NCBI GenBank assembly: GCA_950097015.1 | Contig: CATNEN010000001.1 | Location: forward strand, 3,596,001-3,660,000 | Direction: 5' to 3' | Length of the DNA stretch: 64,000 bases | Source: Macrostomum hystrix | Lineage: Eukaryota > Animalia > Platyhelminthes | Part shown: positions 1-12,104 of the stretch, piece by piece | Numbering within the stretch: position 1 is the stretch's first letter | Layout: the number at the start of each line of letters is the position of its first letter | Notes under the pieces: generated by a model | Told to the model about the DNA's origin: nothing | Databases searched by the model: none | What the model saw: the letters and a program-made list of their open reading frames with translations, nothing else | Position numbers and translations under genes: made by a program

Positions 1-340
1 AAATAAACAAGTAGAATTTTAAAAGCCATAATAAAGTGCCTCCAAAAAACTTTAGTAAAAATAAGAAACTATGATAGAAAATATATATTTAACACAATTA
101 TCACATTTAATATAGCTAGATAAATGGTTATTAATTCAAATTTTTTGCTTATAGAATTTGCCTTTATATACTATTATATTATATTTTTAATTTTTTTGGT
201 GACCAAATAAATCCTACTAAATGAAAATAAATTGGCACTTTATAGCTAAACTAGTAATTTAATAATTTTAAATGCCTAGGATATAATGCCTAGGTTTATT
301 TTTTGAGCCAAATAGGGTTTTTTGGCCCCTTGAAAATCTC

Positions 341-720
341 ATTGGCAATTGGATTTTTGGCATCAGAGGCCAATCTAGCAACTTCATTTTCTTGTGCCAG
401 TTGCCACCTAGGTTTTTTGTCCAAAATCTAGTTGCCAATTGCCATCCTCAGTTGTCAACTGGCAACTGACCTATTTCAGTGACCCAGTTCAAAATCATAT
501 GCAAATCACAATACAACAAAACAACTTTATAAAGTTGCTTTAGCAACAATTTTCACACATTGACAAAAAATAATATGCTTGAATCAGCTCAGGCTTAAGT
601 TTTTCAGCCAAGCCAATCTTAGCAGTAATAAAATGTGACAGACTGTTTTATCATTGGCAACTGCCTTAGTTCAAATTGGTTGCTAGATTGGCCTCTGATG
701 CCACAAATCCAGTTGCCAAT
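341..720. repeat. ~42-bp imperfect inverted repeat pair (foldback/MITE-like remnant)
   Basis: 341-382 attggcaattggatttttggcatcagaggccaatctagcaac is the reverse complement of 679-720 with 2 mismatches. Related gttgcca/tggcaac motifs recur to ~1040. Confidence 0.6.
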
Positions 721-3259
721 GGTTTTTTGGGTAGCCAGTGGCTACCATATAGCCTAAAAAAACCCAGGTTGCCACTTTCAGAAAAAGATTTTGCAAGTAT
801 AATAAAAATGCCATATGAATTTAAGTTGTAGCAAATACAAAATTGCAGAAATTGACAATTTAAATGTTAATTCAATAACAAATCCCAAACAGTCTTATTC
901 ACATATTCATACAGTGCAAACATGTTTTGATAAGCCTTAGAAATATCTATCCTCAAGAATGTGGCTAGTTGCCAGTGGCCAACCAAAAATAGCCATTGGC
1001 AACTGGATTTTGAACCTTAAAGGGCCAGCTGACAATTGGATTTCTAACCTTAAAAAACCTTGGCTTTAATACAGAGTAAATTAAGGGCCTATTCATTAGG
1101 CCTAAATTATAAATATAAAAGTTTAAACCTGTTTTATGCCTTATACAATATATTATAGCTATGTCTATAACCTAAAATTACAATGAATAATTAGATAGGT
1201 ACTAAAATAGTTATGATGGAAAAAGCCTAGGCCCCTATTGTCTGATTTCAACATAATTTGGTTCATTGATTTGTTCAAAACTTAACGTTAGTTTTATACC
1301 TTTTTTGACAACCATATATGTAATTGTTTGCTATTTGCAATATAAACTACAAGGAATAGTATTATAATATCATATTTTAACAGCAATATATACAACAAAG
1401 CAACTAAAAACTGGTGCATAGGGTAATGTCTTATCAACCAAACAAGAATGTGTATTTTTTTTAACTTCAAACCTAAGCTACTGATTTTCTATTTAAGATA
1501 TGATGATAAACTAAAAGCCAAGTTATAGAAAACAGTTATATCTTTCTAAAAAGAAACTGCTTTTGCTATTTTATTAAATAGAAAACAGTTAGGCCTATTC
1601 CTGCTTTTTATCTAAAACCAAACAATGATTTTCATGTCTTCAAACCAAACAGAAAATTTTATGTTTGGTTTTAAAATTTGAGTGAGTGGTTTAATCTTAT
1701 TTTAAGGAGTGAACTATCATGAATTATGTAATTTGAAAGCATTTTTCGTGCTCTATAAAATTATAAATAACTACATTTATGGTCATTTAATTGGCAAGCA
1801 ACCACGAACCACATACAATCTTTGTCTAAAGTATATACTGAAAAAATGTTGTTAAAAAGTATGCTTTTGCAATAAAAATTCTACTAAAACATCAATATCT
1901 TTCTTTCCTCTTAATGCTTCATTGCACATCATGCCTCAGCTTGTAGATAATTTCTTTAACTTTCAAATTAGTTGTTTTGTGAAACACAATAGCTTGTATC
2001 TGTCTTGCATGAGACCAAGGAAGAAGTCAAAATTCTTGTTCTATTTTGAAGATACACGGTTTGGTTGATGATACATTACCCTATAATATATAAAATCTTA
2101 CAAGTACAATATTTCACAAAATTCACATAGGCCTATCCCTATATAGAGGCTAGAGCCTAGTTTAGGCTTACGTTAAGTAAGCCTAACGTATATAACGTCA
2201 TATATACAGCCTTAGCTAATTAGAAAACTGCCAGACTGCACCCACTACTATTGCTAGAAACTAATATACAAATGCCTTGTTATAAAAGGTCTTTTGGGCA
2301 TACATATATAAGAAAGACAGAAGTTAGGTCTGAAGACGAATAGCGTAAAAAGCATCAATTAAAAATGTGCTATTATTTTGTTCAATATTGTAAAATATTT
2401 AGTATTATAACAAAAAATAAAAAACATGTTTAACTACTATGGCCAAAAGATAACATAGCTTGAGATAAACCATCTAAATATTACTTGTATGACTACTATG
2501 TTTAGTCCATTTAGTATATATAATAACAATGTACAATTCAAATTATACCAAATCGACGAAATGACAGCATTTGCATGCTGTATATATGCGAAAATTATGT
2601 AGACAGTAAAATTTGTCCATGGGTATATTTGAAGACTATAATAAATTTGGGACTATTCAGGAACCGCATAAAATATTTTTCCTTCTAAATTTCTCAAAGT
2701 CATATGTTTAGCACAAAATGCCTTAATTGTGCTGTGGCATGCACAGGCCAAATTTATTCCAGTTTGATGCTGCGCCTAAAAAATAAAGAATTGCTAGCGA
2801 AACTGAAAGCACCTTCAATGAATATCAAACAGATATGAATGCAACATACATTTGGAATTTTTTTTGCTTGTCAAAAATATGCTGACGTGTAAGCATAATT
2901 ACGGCATAATGCTGACATCATGGACACTGGGTGAGAAGGGTTTAGTCAAAGGACCCCTATATAGCAGCATCTGCACTGGAAGCTGAACGGAAAAGTTTAG
3001 TTAGTAGTCAAAATTAGTAGTTATTTGCAAGGACTACTAGAGTAGAAGGACGCGACACTTAAAGACTGTAAATTTTATTAAAGGCCACTTTTCTAAGCGA
3101 TGTCTTTGTTAAACGGATGCACATAGAAATTTACTTTTTTCGCTGGGACCTTCGAAATTTATTGCCCTTGAAGATAAAATACATTTGCGTCTGGATAAAC
3201 ATATTTTTTAAACTCGCTAATCTGATGGCCCCTGCTACCCCACCACCCCTGCTACCCCT

Positions 3260-3530
3260 GATGTGGGATAACTGCTGATGTGGGATAACTGCTGAAGTGG
3301 GATAACTGCTGAAGTGGGATAACTGCTGCACTGGGAAAACTGCAGAAGTTGAATTACTGATGAAGTTAGATAACTGCTGACATTGGATAACTGCTGAAGT
3401 AAGATAACAGGTTATGTGGGATTACTCCTGAAGTGATGAAATGGGATTTCTGCCGACATGGGATAACTGTAGATGGGGGATAACTGGTGAAAGGGGATAG
3501 CTGCTTAAAGGGATATCTGACGAAGTGACG
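3260..3530. repeat. degenerate 17-bp minisatellite (tgggataactgctgaag)
   Basis: Direct reading of tandem gggataactgctga units. A related short run lies at 4070-4145. Confidence 0.75.
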
Positions 3531-3759
3531 AATTTAGTTAGTGACGAATTTTTGAATAACTGAATAACTCGGGGCGGCTTAATTGCTAGTCACATTTTAA
3601 AATTTAAATTTGGACTGGAAGCGGAGCTCATTTCTTCCTTTTTTTCTAAGACTTGTGGCCAATGAAATTGCGCGATTTACACAGGGGCAGGGCAGATAGA
3701 CAGGATCAGGCACATATAGACAGAAAATAGCGTATTTATTTGTTGGCAGAAGCCAGAAC

Positions 3760-5015
3760 TCACCAGAAAGCGATGCCCCCACCACCGGGCCCGCCCGGGC
3801 CCCACTGCCACGGTGGCGGCATAAATCCAAAAGTTCTGCAAAATACAAGGCCTTCTGGCAATTGAATTGATTTAGAGAATTCCATCATTAGCTGTGAATC
3901 TGACAAAAAATTAACTCACCCTCGGCAATAGGCCGTCAAGCTTCTGAGCTTTACCTGCTCCATTAGGAGCAGGTAGGCTCGCACGCTGTCTCTCTGCAAA
4001 TTTTAAAAACAAAAAATATAGAGCAAGGACGAAGGACGGTTGTTAGTACAATCCTGTATAACTGATAAACGGGGATAACTCATGAAATGGGATAACTAAT
4101 GAACGGGGATGATTGCATGATAAAGTCAATAACTGAAGAAGTGGGATTTTGGAGAAGGATTTGGGATCAGAGAAGGACTTTGGATCTGGGATTAAAGCTG
4201 TAAATCCCAAAACCCCGAATCAACGAATAAATGTATATTTCTGCTATTGACTGCACTGAAGAATTAATTTATAAAGTTAGGAGGGTCACTGTCAACAGCA
4301 CTATTTAAAGGCACAGAAACTCACATTCATCTTCCAATTTCGCCACTTGCGGCCTCCCCGATGATGAGGGCGGCCGCGGCGAATCTGCTGCTGGGGATGG
4401 GGGGAGGGTGGGCTGGGCCTGGGTTGGGTTGGGGAGGGATGGGACGGGCTGGACGGGGGGGTTGGCCGACTGGGGCAGGGGTGGTAAGGGTGGGTTGTGG
4501 GCCTGGGTTGGGTTGAGGAGGGATGGGGCGGGCTGGACGGGGCGGTTGGCCGACTGGGGCAGGGGTGGTGAGGGTGGGTTGTGGGCCTGGGTTGGGTTGA
4601 GGAGGGATGGGGCGGGCTGGAAGGTTGGGTTGGGCGGGGAGAAGAGGGCGGACTGGGGCAGGGGCAGGCTGGGTCGGGATCGGGGGGGGAGCGCCGGCCA
4701 CCCGGGCATATGAAGCCCTGGTGGCCGGCCTGGACGGTGGCGGCGAAGGCGGCGGCGGTGGCGGGGGGCGGGGCGGGGCCCGCAAGGGACGGGCGTCGGC
4801 CTGACCCTTTTTTCGGCCGGCCGATTTTTTCTTTGATGCCTGAAATTATGTATTGCAAAACTCGTTAATCACGCAAATTATGTTTCTTGGAAATTAACAA
4901 ACATGATTCAAGGAAGTGTTGTACCAGTAAACTAACGGTGAGGTAGCTATAGCAGTATATGTAAGTTATAGGTGATTTTGTCAGTTCAAATATTACCTGG
5001 CCTCTTTGGACACAT
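3760..5015 (-). CDS. putative 4-exon orphan gene, ~227 aa, Pro-rich repeat protein: complement(join(3760..3835,3920..3993,4325..4839,4997..5015))
   Basis: All three introns are GT-AG (gtaata, gtgagt, gtgagt donors; tttcag, ttgcag, ttgcag acceptors). Phases are compatible and the total of 684 nt ends in TGA. Translation: MCPKRPGIKEKIGRPKKG...(28-aa repeats)...RKWRNWKMNRDSVRAYLLLMEQVKLRSLTAYCRGTFGFMPPPWQWGPGGPGGGGIAFW*. The gene may extend upstream (acceptor at 5033). Confidence 0.5.
4405..4690. repeat. 84-bp G-rich tandem repeat (~3 units) inside the putative exon
   Basis: tgggttgtgggcctgggttgggttgagg recurs at 4491 and 4575. It translates as a 28-aa Pro-rich repeat, and the + strand has many GGG runs. 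Confidence 0.85.
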
Positions 5016-6173
5016 GAAAGAGTTTTTCTTTTCTAAGAAAATACCAAAACTTTGCCACTTAATAGCTTTATTGTTTAAGATAATCATACTTGATTTTCTT
5101 CATCAAATTCTTAAATATTTACTAGTAAGTTTAAATTTTACTCTAAAAGTTGGGTAAAGTCTATCACTTTAATATACCAATGATCTAATATCATGCATAG
5201 AAGGACAATTAATTTGGTTTCTGCATTAAAAAATTCGCAATAAAGTTCGAATTTTTATATTAAAAATTAGATAGAAAGTCAGATACAACAAACAGTAGTA
5301 ATGTAGGATCACATATATATATATATCATTTGTGTGAATTATCTGTGAGTTTCTTGTAAACATTTGCTATAGCATAGCTATAGCTATGCCCTATGTGAAT
5401 CTTTAAAAAATTTAAGTCTCTTTTGAAGAGGACAGAACAGAAGTAGCTATTCCTATATGAAGAAACAAATTTCTTAGCTTAAATTTAGCTAATATATGAT
5501 TTTTTGGAATAAATGTTACAATTACAACCCTATTTGGCTAGAGGAATTCTTTCAGTTTAAGGATGGAATAAATATATATATTTAGACATAACTAGCTATA
5601 ATCAGTGCTGCTGTTGTTGTCATAGACCACATTGAACACATATGAAAATATTTTTTTGTAATGGAGTGTGTGCTTTTGATTTACATGTAAAATATAATAG
5701 ATATTGTTAATTTTTTAACTGGAATTGGCTCTCTATTGTAAACATTTTATAATGCTAAAACACAAGGATCTCACCTTGTATAGTAGCAAAATAGCTGTAT
5801 ACAAAAGATTATCAGGCACACCAGATGGCAAATATGGATCTCAGATTTAAATAGTGAGTTGACAGCTGACCCTACCTATATTTTTATCCATTTTTGCCAA
5901 GCGAGAAGGTTTCCAGAAGTGCCCATAGATTTTGAGTGCAAGGTATTCAGAGCTTTGGTCAATTTTTAAGACTTTAGCTTCACAGCACTATGTTAAATGC
6001 AAGTGGTTAAAATGAATACAGCACATAATAGCTATATCAATCTACATTAAAAAGCTTTCTACTGAGGCTTACAGCACTTCTAGAGTGCAATGTACATTAT
6101 CCTCATTGATTTTAATAGCACATCTATAAAGTGCAATATACTAACTGTTTTATATAACAATTTGCAGTCTAGT

Positions 6174-7739
6174 CTATCTAGGAAAAAGATGGACTGTCCT
6201 ACTGTTTGGCTGTTGTGAGATAACATGTTCTTCAGCAGCACTTTGCTGTGTCATATGTGACAGGCTTGGTAATGAAAATTGTAAAGGTACCTGAGGAGGT
6301 ACTTGAGACTCAGATATCTGTATTTCATGTGGCAATAACATACCTGGGTAATAATTCTGCGAAAACTGAGCAAGACGTAGGTGACTATGTATTACTTGGT
6401 TTTGAGAACTTTTAAGTTGCTGCAAATGAATGTCTTCTAAATAAGCGTCTGGATTTTGGAATAAAGTATCAATACTATTGATATTTGAAGTAACATTGTT
6501 GAGACTGGTAATATCATTGACATTACTTTGTGATGCTTCTGCACTTTGACTACATTCTTCATTGAGGCTTATCTCAGCCTCAGCAGCATAGTCATTTTGT
6601 TGTGTAGCCACTAGTGCAGAATCATTACCATTTGCACTAGTACCTTGCATGCCAACAAGCAATGCTTGATTATGGTTTGCCAGAGTACCTTCTGTGCTAA
6701 TTGTAGGTGCTACATTTCTCTCATTCCATTCTGAATGAGACCAAAATTTCACTTCACCATGATCAGAAATTGCCTGAAATTGTGCAACACATTGCTGTTG
6801 GTTAAGATTATGGGGTGAAGAGAAGTTAGGAATAAAACGTCCTGGCCCTTTCTTCTGACCTGTAGCTAAATCAGAAGCTATAAGTGCCCATTGAATTGCA
6901 CCAGAGTTGCCTGCCCTTTCATAAGCGTCCTTAGCTATTTTACTAAGCTCTTTGCGCATGTAGACAACACCCTTTTTAATAATTTCTTCAAACTTTCCTT
7001 CTGTTTGAGGAAGCTGCTGCAAATTTTGAAGCCTGTGTTGCGCTTGCTTATCTGCTCTTATAAAATCAACAATAGAACTACATGCTTCTTGGACCTGTCC
7101 ACTCAAAGTGCCAGTGACATCTTTAGAACAGTGATAACTGGCTCTGTCATGTTCAGTAATTCTAATAACAATGTAAGTTTCTTTATGTTTGTCCAAGTCC
7201 TGAATGATTCTTTTAATTGGGCGAGGTCGATTTTTAGCAGCTTTTCCTAGTCGTTATTTTTTTGCTATACTTAGACCCTTATATTTCTCTAGCAATGCTA
7301 GAGTCCAAGCTGAAATGAAGAGGTATATGATATTAGAAATATTTAAACGAGACTTTCACTACTAGGCTTTTGTCCAGAACTGCAAGAATTAAAAGTGAGG
7401 CCATGCTTAAGTTAATCTCTCCTTGACCTTGGGGGGAGAGAACAACCGCATTACTGAATTAACTGTTTAAATAAAAAATGAAAAAGTAATACCCAAACCA
7501 GCATTATCCATGATAAGCATATTTACTAAGTTTTCAAGGCAGTCACCCAGTTTTTTTAGAAAACTAAGAAAGCTGCCCTTTTATTTTTTTCCAGTCAGCT
7601 GTACAATTCTGAACAAAAACCAAGTTAGTGGGTGCAGAAATGTTAGAAATGCCCAATTCCTTTAAATCTTACTGTATATAAAACACTTACTAGCACAGCC
7701 CTTCTTTCGAAGAAATTCATTGCCGCTAGTAGGTCCCAT
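6174..7739 (-). pseudogene. orphan spliced gene with a premature stop: exons 7739-7691 and 7309-6174 (includes the 340-aa ORF)
   Basis: ttttag|ATG GGA CCT...GCT A|gtaagt joins in phase to tttcag|CT TGG. This reads MGPTSGNEFLRKKGCATWTLALLEKYKGLSIAKK*RLGKAAKNRPRPIKRIIQDLDKHKETY..., with an in-frame TAA at 7256-7254. No domain recognised. Confidence 0.5.
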
Positions 7740-10700
7740 CTAAAATTAAGTTTTTTAGAAATATGTAAATCACATGTCTGTCACATGAACTATTTACCTA
7801 CTCTTCATTGGCAAAGTATATATTTTTGGAGAGTCTATAGGCATGTCAAGTAATACCATATTATAGGGCCACAAAATGGTCAAGTTAGAAAATCCAAAAC
7901 TGTAACATGTCACCATTGCTATTAATAGGAAAAAGCATAAAAAATTCATGAAATACAATTTTGAATTCTTAACTTGAAAATTAGTTCTACTTTGAAACTT
8001 ATTCTTTAGGAATTATTTAGCATGGTCATGGTGAATTTTTCAGTCTTGGAACAGCTATTTAAGTATTCTATAGCTACCAGTGGGACTGATATATTCGTTT
8101 CCTTGAAGGTGCTCTTAACAGGCCCTAGTCAAAACACATGCTGCACACATTTCACAAGCTTTGAGTTTTTTTTACTTTTAAAGAGGTAATCACAGTTTGA
8201 TCATGGTTTTCAGTTTTTGCACTAAATATTGATATTAATACATTTTCCTCAAACATTTCCAGCCTGCCTTGCTTGCTGCCTGACTGTTCGCTTGTCAACA
8301 TTATGGACTCTAATGGACGACTAGGTCTATGCTGTCAAACTGCCATTGTCTGGTTCTAGGCAAGCCTCAAGTTACTGCAATACTTTTGCTCTCAGAGCTA
8401 GCTACTATCAGCCTGCAGCTCGACTCTTTGGACGAGCGTGTGAGTTAATATGTATAAAAATATTGATTGCTTTTGTGAAAGTTACAGTTCAATGTGAATT
8501 CAAATGCAATGGCCCTCATTTTTTATAAACATGTGTTTTGGTCCTATATGGTCCTATTCTATTAATGCTACATGCTAATACCAATAATTAAACGAGGACT
8601 CGATTCCATATGATTCTCTTCTCAGATTCTCCTCTCTGCATCAGCCATGATGAGACATGCCCGCTATGGTCAGGCATTTTCCTTATATTTAACACACTGA
8701 CTTTGACAAATAGAGGCTGTTCCTGTTTCTAACTTTCAATTACATTCAAATTCTGCCGCTTTCCACAGTGCTTTTTTTCATCTGCTCTCTCTCCCGATCT
8801 CTTCGTCATTCCCCTTTTCTCCTGCGCCAGATGCAGAGTAAGAACGACTGACAGTTGATACTACTCCTCATCTAGTAGTCTGTGTCGCAACTTTTCTGTA
8901 TTGGTTTGACTGAAATATTCACTTCCTAGAAGGCACTCTTAACAGGTCATTGTCACAGGCCACAGGGCATGTTACATATTTCTCCGGGCTGCAGGTGTGG
9001 GTGCACTGATTAAGAGTTGGACTATCTAAGATTTGACACCTTGATATGTTGGGTTATCGGTAACATACTGGTAACATTACTGGTAACATATGGGTTACCA
9101 GAAATCTGCCTAACACAGGGGAAATAGGAGAGCGTGCATTTGAATGGGAGAGGGTGGCCTATCCTCTGCATATAGGATAGGTGACGCTGTGACGATCTAT
9201 GTGGCTGAGGGGTTGGAGCCCCATTACAATTAATCATCAGAATTCTGAGCACCAAAAATTAGTGAAAATTATCAGCATGAGCTTGCCGTGACACCCGAGA
9301 CAGTAATGACCCCTGGAATGGATTTCTAGGCTATGTATGCCACTGTTTAGATCTGCATGAAAAGCTTGTTAAGCAGGCAGCATTAATGAGCTATTACTAC
9401 TATTAATATTGATAGTAATAATTTATAATACCAGCAATTTCCAACTAGTAGATTATTATACAGCAGTAACAAATATGGATTGATTTTGACATGCCACAAA
9501 CTCTTACAATACATTATTACAAATAAAAAAATATTAAACCGACACCTAAACTTGACTTACCTGTCAGTTCTTATTTGAGCTAATAAAAAAGGGTTTCTAT
9601 TTAACAATTCTAGCTAGTATAGGTTATAGGATATATAATTAGATTTGAAGTTTTGACTCGACGAGCTCTTTACTATTCGAGTTTTGGTGGGAAGAGGAAA
9701 AACAGTTCGTTCCCCTTTGTCCCCCGCTCAAATAGGGATGTATGGCACCATCGTCTAGTTCGTTCCCAAGTTCGCGTAAACAACCCCTCCCAGCCAACCA
9801 CGCTTCATCATGGGGTTCCCACGCTTCACGTTCCCACAGGGAGCTCATGAGCTGCACTCGTCTAGCCGGACTCATGGCACGGTGAGGTGACCTGGGCTAG
9901 CCGTCTAATTTTTACCATGAGCTGGGGCCGGCTAGTCCACGGCCGTTAGGTGGGGGTACGGGGGGTTTTGGCGAAGAGTTTTTCTCTCCCAGGGTGAACT
10001 GCCCTGCGCACATTGGGCCAGCCAGTCAGTCCTCTGCAGTAATAAGCCCTCTCCTCTCTTCTCTCCCCCAAGCTATCGATTTTCCTCGGGTGGGGGCAGG
10101 CAGGCAAGTCCATATTAGTCCCTCTAATATGGCCAGCCCTCCAGCCCCGGCATCTGCTTGCCTCTGTTGCAGTTGCAGTTAGTGCGCTCTTCATTGCCAG
10201 GTAAAGAATTTTCTGATTCTTGCTACGTTGCTAGTGTTTTTAACCGTGCATTCTACTCAACTATCAAGCTGAGAATGCTTGCTCATTTCTAAGCCACTTT
10301 GTCTTCGAGCAGAGTGGGCTAAATTTGTGCGAAGTGAGTTCTGAGCAGAATTACTTGACATCAGTTTTAGCTATTCGATGCTATGATAAAGGCAGTTTTG
10401 AATCGGCTGTTGATATCTTGCTAAACATTTGCTAAGGACTATTAGAAACTAGCAGTTAAGTACAAATATATTTTGTAGGCCGCCAATATAAGCTGCACTG
10501 TTTTACATCCAGTGTCAGTCTATGGCCGCGGGCTAGCCGGCCTCAGCTCATGCGTTTATCGTGCGCCTAGCCAGGGTGCCCTCATGGAGTCATGGTGAGG
10601 TGAGCTGGGCTAGCCGATCGCAGCTCATGGGCCCAGCCAGGGTGCGCTCCTGGTGAGGTGAGCCAGCAGACAACGAATGCAGATCTATCGACGCAATCAG

Positions 10701-10949
10701 CGACATCCGACGCGCCATTTATTGGCCTACCAGACGACATCAGTCTCATCTCTCTAAATATAGCGGTTCTCAAATGGGGTCCCCTCAAAGTCGGTACACC
10801 CCTGCCTGGCAAGACAAGGCAATCAGACAAATTTGATTGATGGGGGTACCACTGACAAAAGTGATTTCGTGATGCCCCATAATTTTGATGGATTTCGATG
10901 GGATTTGATGTCCCGTAGTCTGGGATAGATGTAGAAGAGATCCCTGTCG

Positions 10950-12104
10950 GGCAATCATGAACTTTCCCGCGTTTAATTATTTTTTTATCTTTTTCGTAAC
11001 CTTTATGTGCGGGGTGATGAAAATTAGTATTATTAAAGTTCAGGGGCATAAAAAACACTAGGTACCACGATTATTAGTTAATAAAGAGTCACAGTCAGCA
11101 GGGGTAGTAGTGGCAGATCCAGAATAGGATGTGTCCGAACTGCAGATTCGGGAACGTCCGGCGCCACATAAACTCCTGGAGATATGTCTCGAACAGACCA
11201 TCGGAGGTGCCATGCATCGCTCGGAACTTCGCCTTGCAGTTCCCCCACATGCCCTCGACGGTGTTTGTGTGGGCATCCTGATTGGCAGGGTCGCGGAAGT
11301 GGAGCGAGTGGTTGACGGTAATGTGGTTCTGTAGGGTATTGTACGCGGCCCACTGGTCCGTCACGATCCGTGTCCCTGGGAGCACATGCTGATTGATCAC
11401 CGGTACCAGGGACGCAGCAGATCGGCTCTGCACAGGTACCAGCATGCAGCGGTTGCTGCCCCGCTCCACCATGCCCAGCACCCAGTGGCCTTCTCGGTTC
11501 TGGCCCTGGTGGTACTTCCTGTGCATGAATTTGGACTCGTCGATTTCCACGTCCACACCAGGTCCACCAAGCTGGGTTGGGTGATCGACTAGGTACTGCA
11601 CACAGATGTCGCGCAAGAAGTTAAACCAGTCTATCACCGTGTGCTCGCTGACGCATGTCTCATGGGCCACGTGAGACATCTTCATGCCCAGAAATAGACA
11701 ATGTCAATGAGCTGAACCAGGCTAAGGTGGCTGCCCTCAAAAAAACTGCCCTGCCGTATAGAACAATGGCATCGGCATGTTTTGCAGGACCAGCACACGC
11801 CGTCAGCATAGTCGCGGCCGGCCCGACATTGAAAGGACATTGCGGTGGCACAGTTTGGGCAGTCGATGCTGTTCCGCAGAAGTCCGTGCCGTGCCAGCCA
11901 CTGGACTGCTGTGTCATCCGTCAGCAGGGCCAGCTCACGGTAGTTGAGGTCCAACTCGGTCAGCTCAATGGCAGGAAGAACATCGGCTGGCTCGACTATA
12001 GTTGTTGGTGCGGCAGGTCTTCCGGCCATGTCTTCAATGTCTTCAAAGCTGGAAATTTACGAACAAGATAAAAATAATTAAACGTGGGAAAGTTCATGAT
12101 CGCC
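10950..12104 (-). mobile_element. Merlin (IS1595/ISXO2-like) DNA transposon, copy 1, ~1.15 kb
   Basis: ~40-bp TIRs GGCAATCATGAACTTTCCCGCGTTTAATTATTTT / GGCGATCATGAACTTTCCCACGTTTAATTATTTT. Degenerate 7-8 bp TSD (ccctgtcg / cccgtcg). Internal transposase. Confidence 0.9.
11095..12029 (-). pseudogene. Merlin/ISXO2-type DDE transposase split by a frameshift at ~11685
   Basis: The N-part has a Zn ribbon (CPNC...WSCKTC) and SIRQGSFFEGSHL. The C-part has GGPG-VEIDES, TDQWAAY, VNHSLHF and HTNTVEGMW, plus YLQEFMWR. The two ORFs overlap at ATGA. Confidence 0.9.

Noticed and set aside
11095-12029. Bacterial IS1595 contamination or recent horizontal transfer
   Set aside because: Motifs and TIR/TSD fit eukaryotic Merlin elements, and the flanks contain spliceosomal introns.
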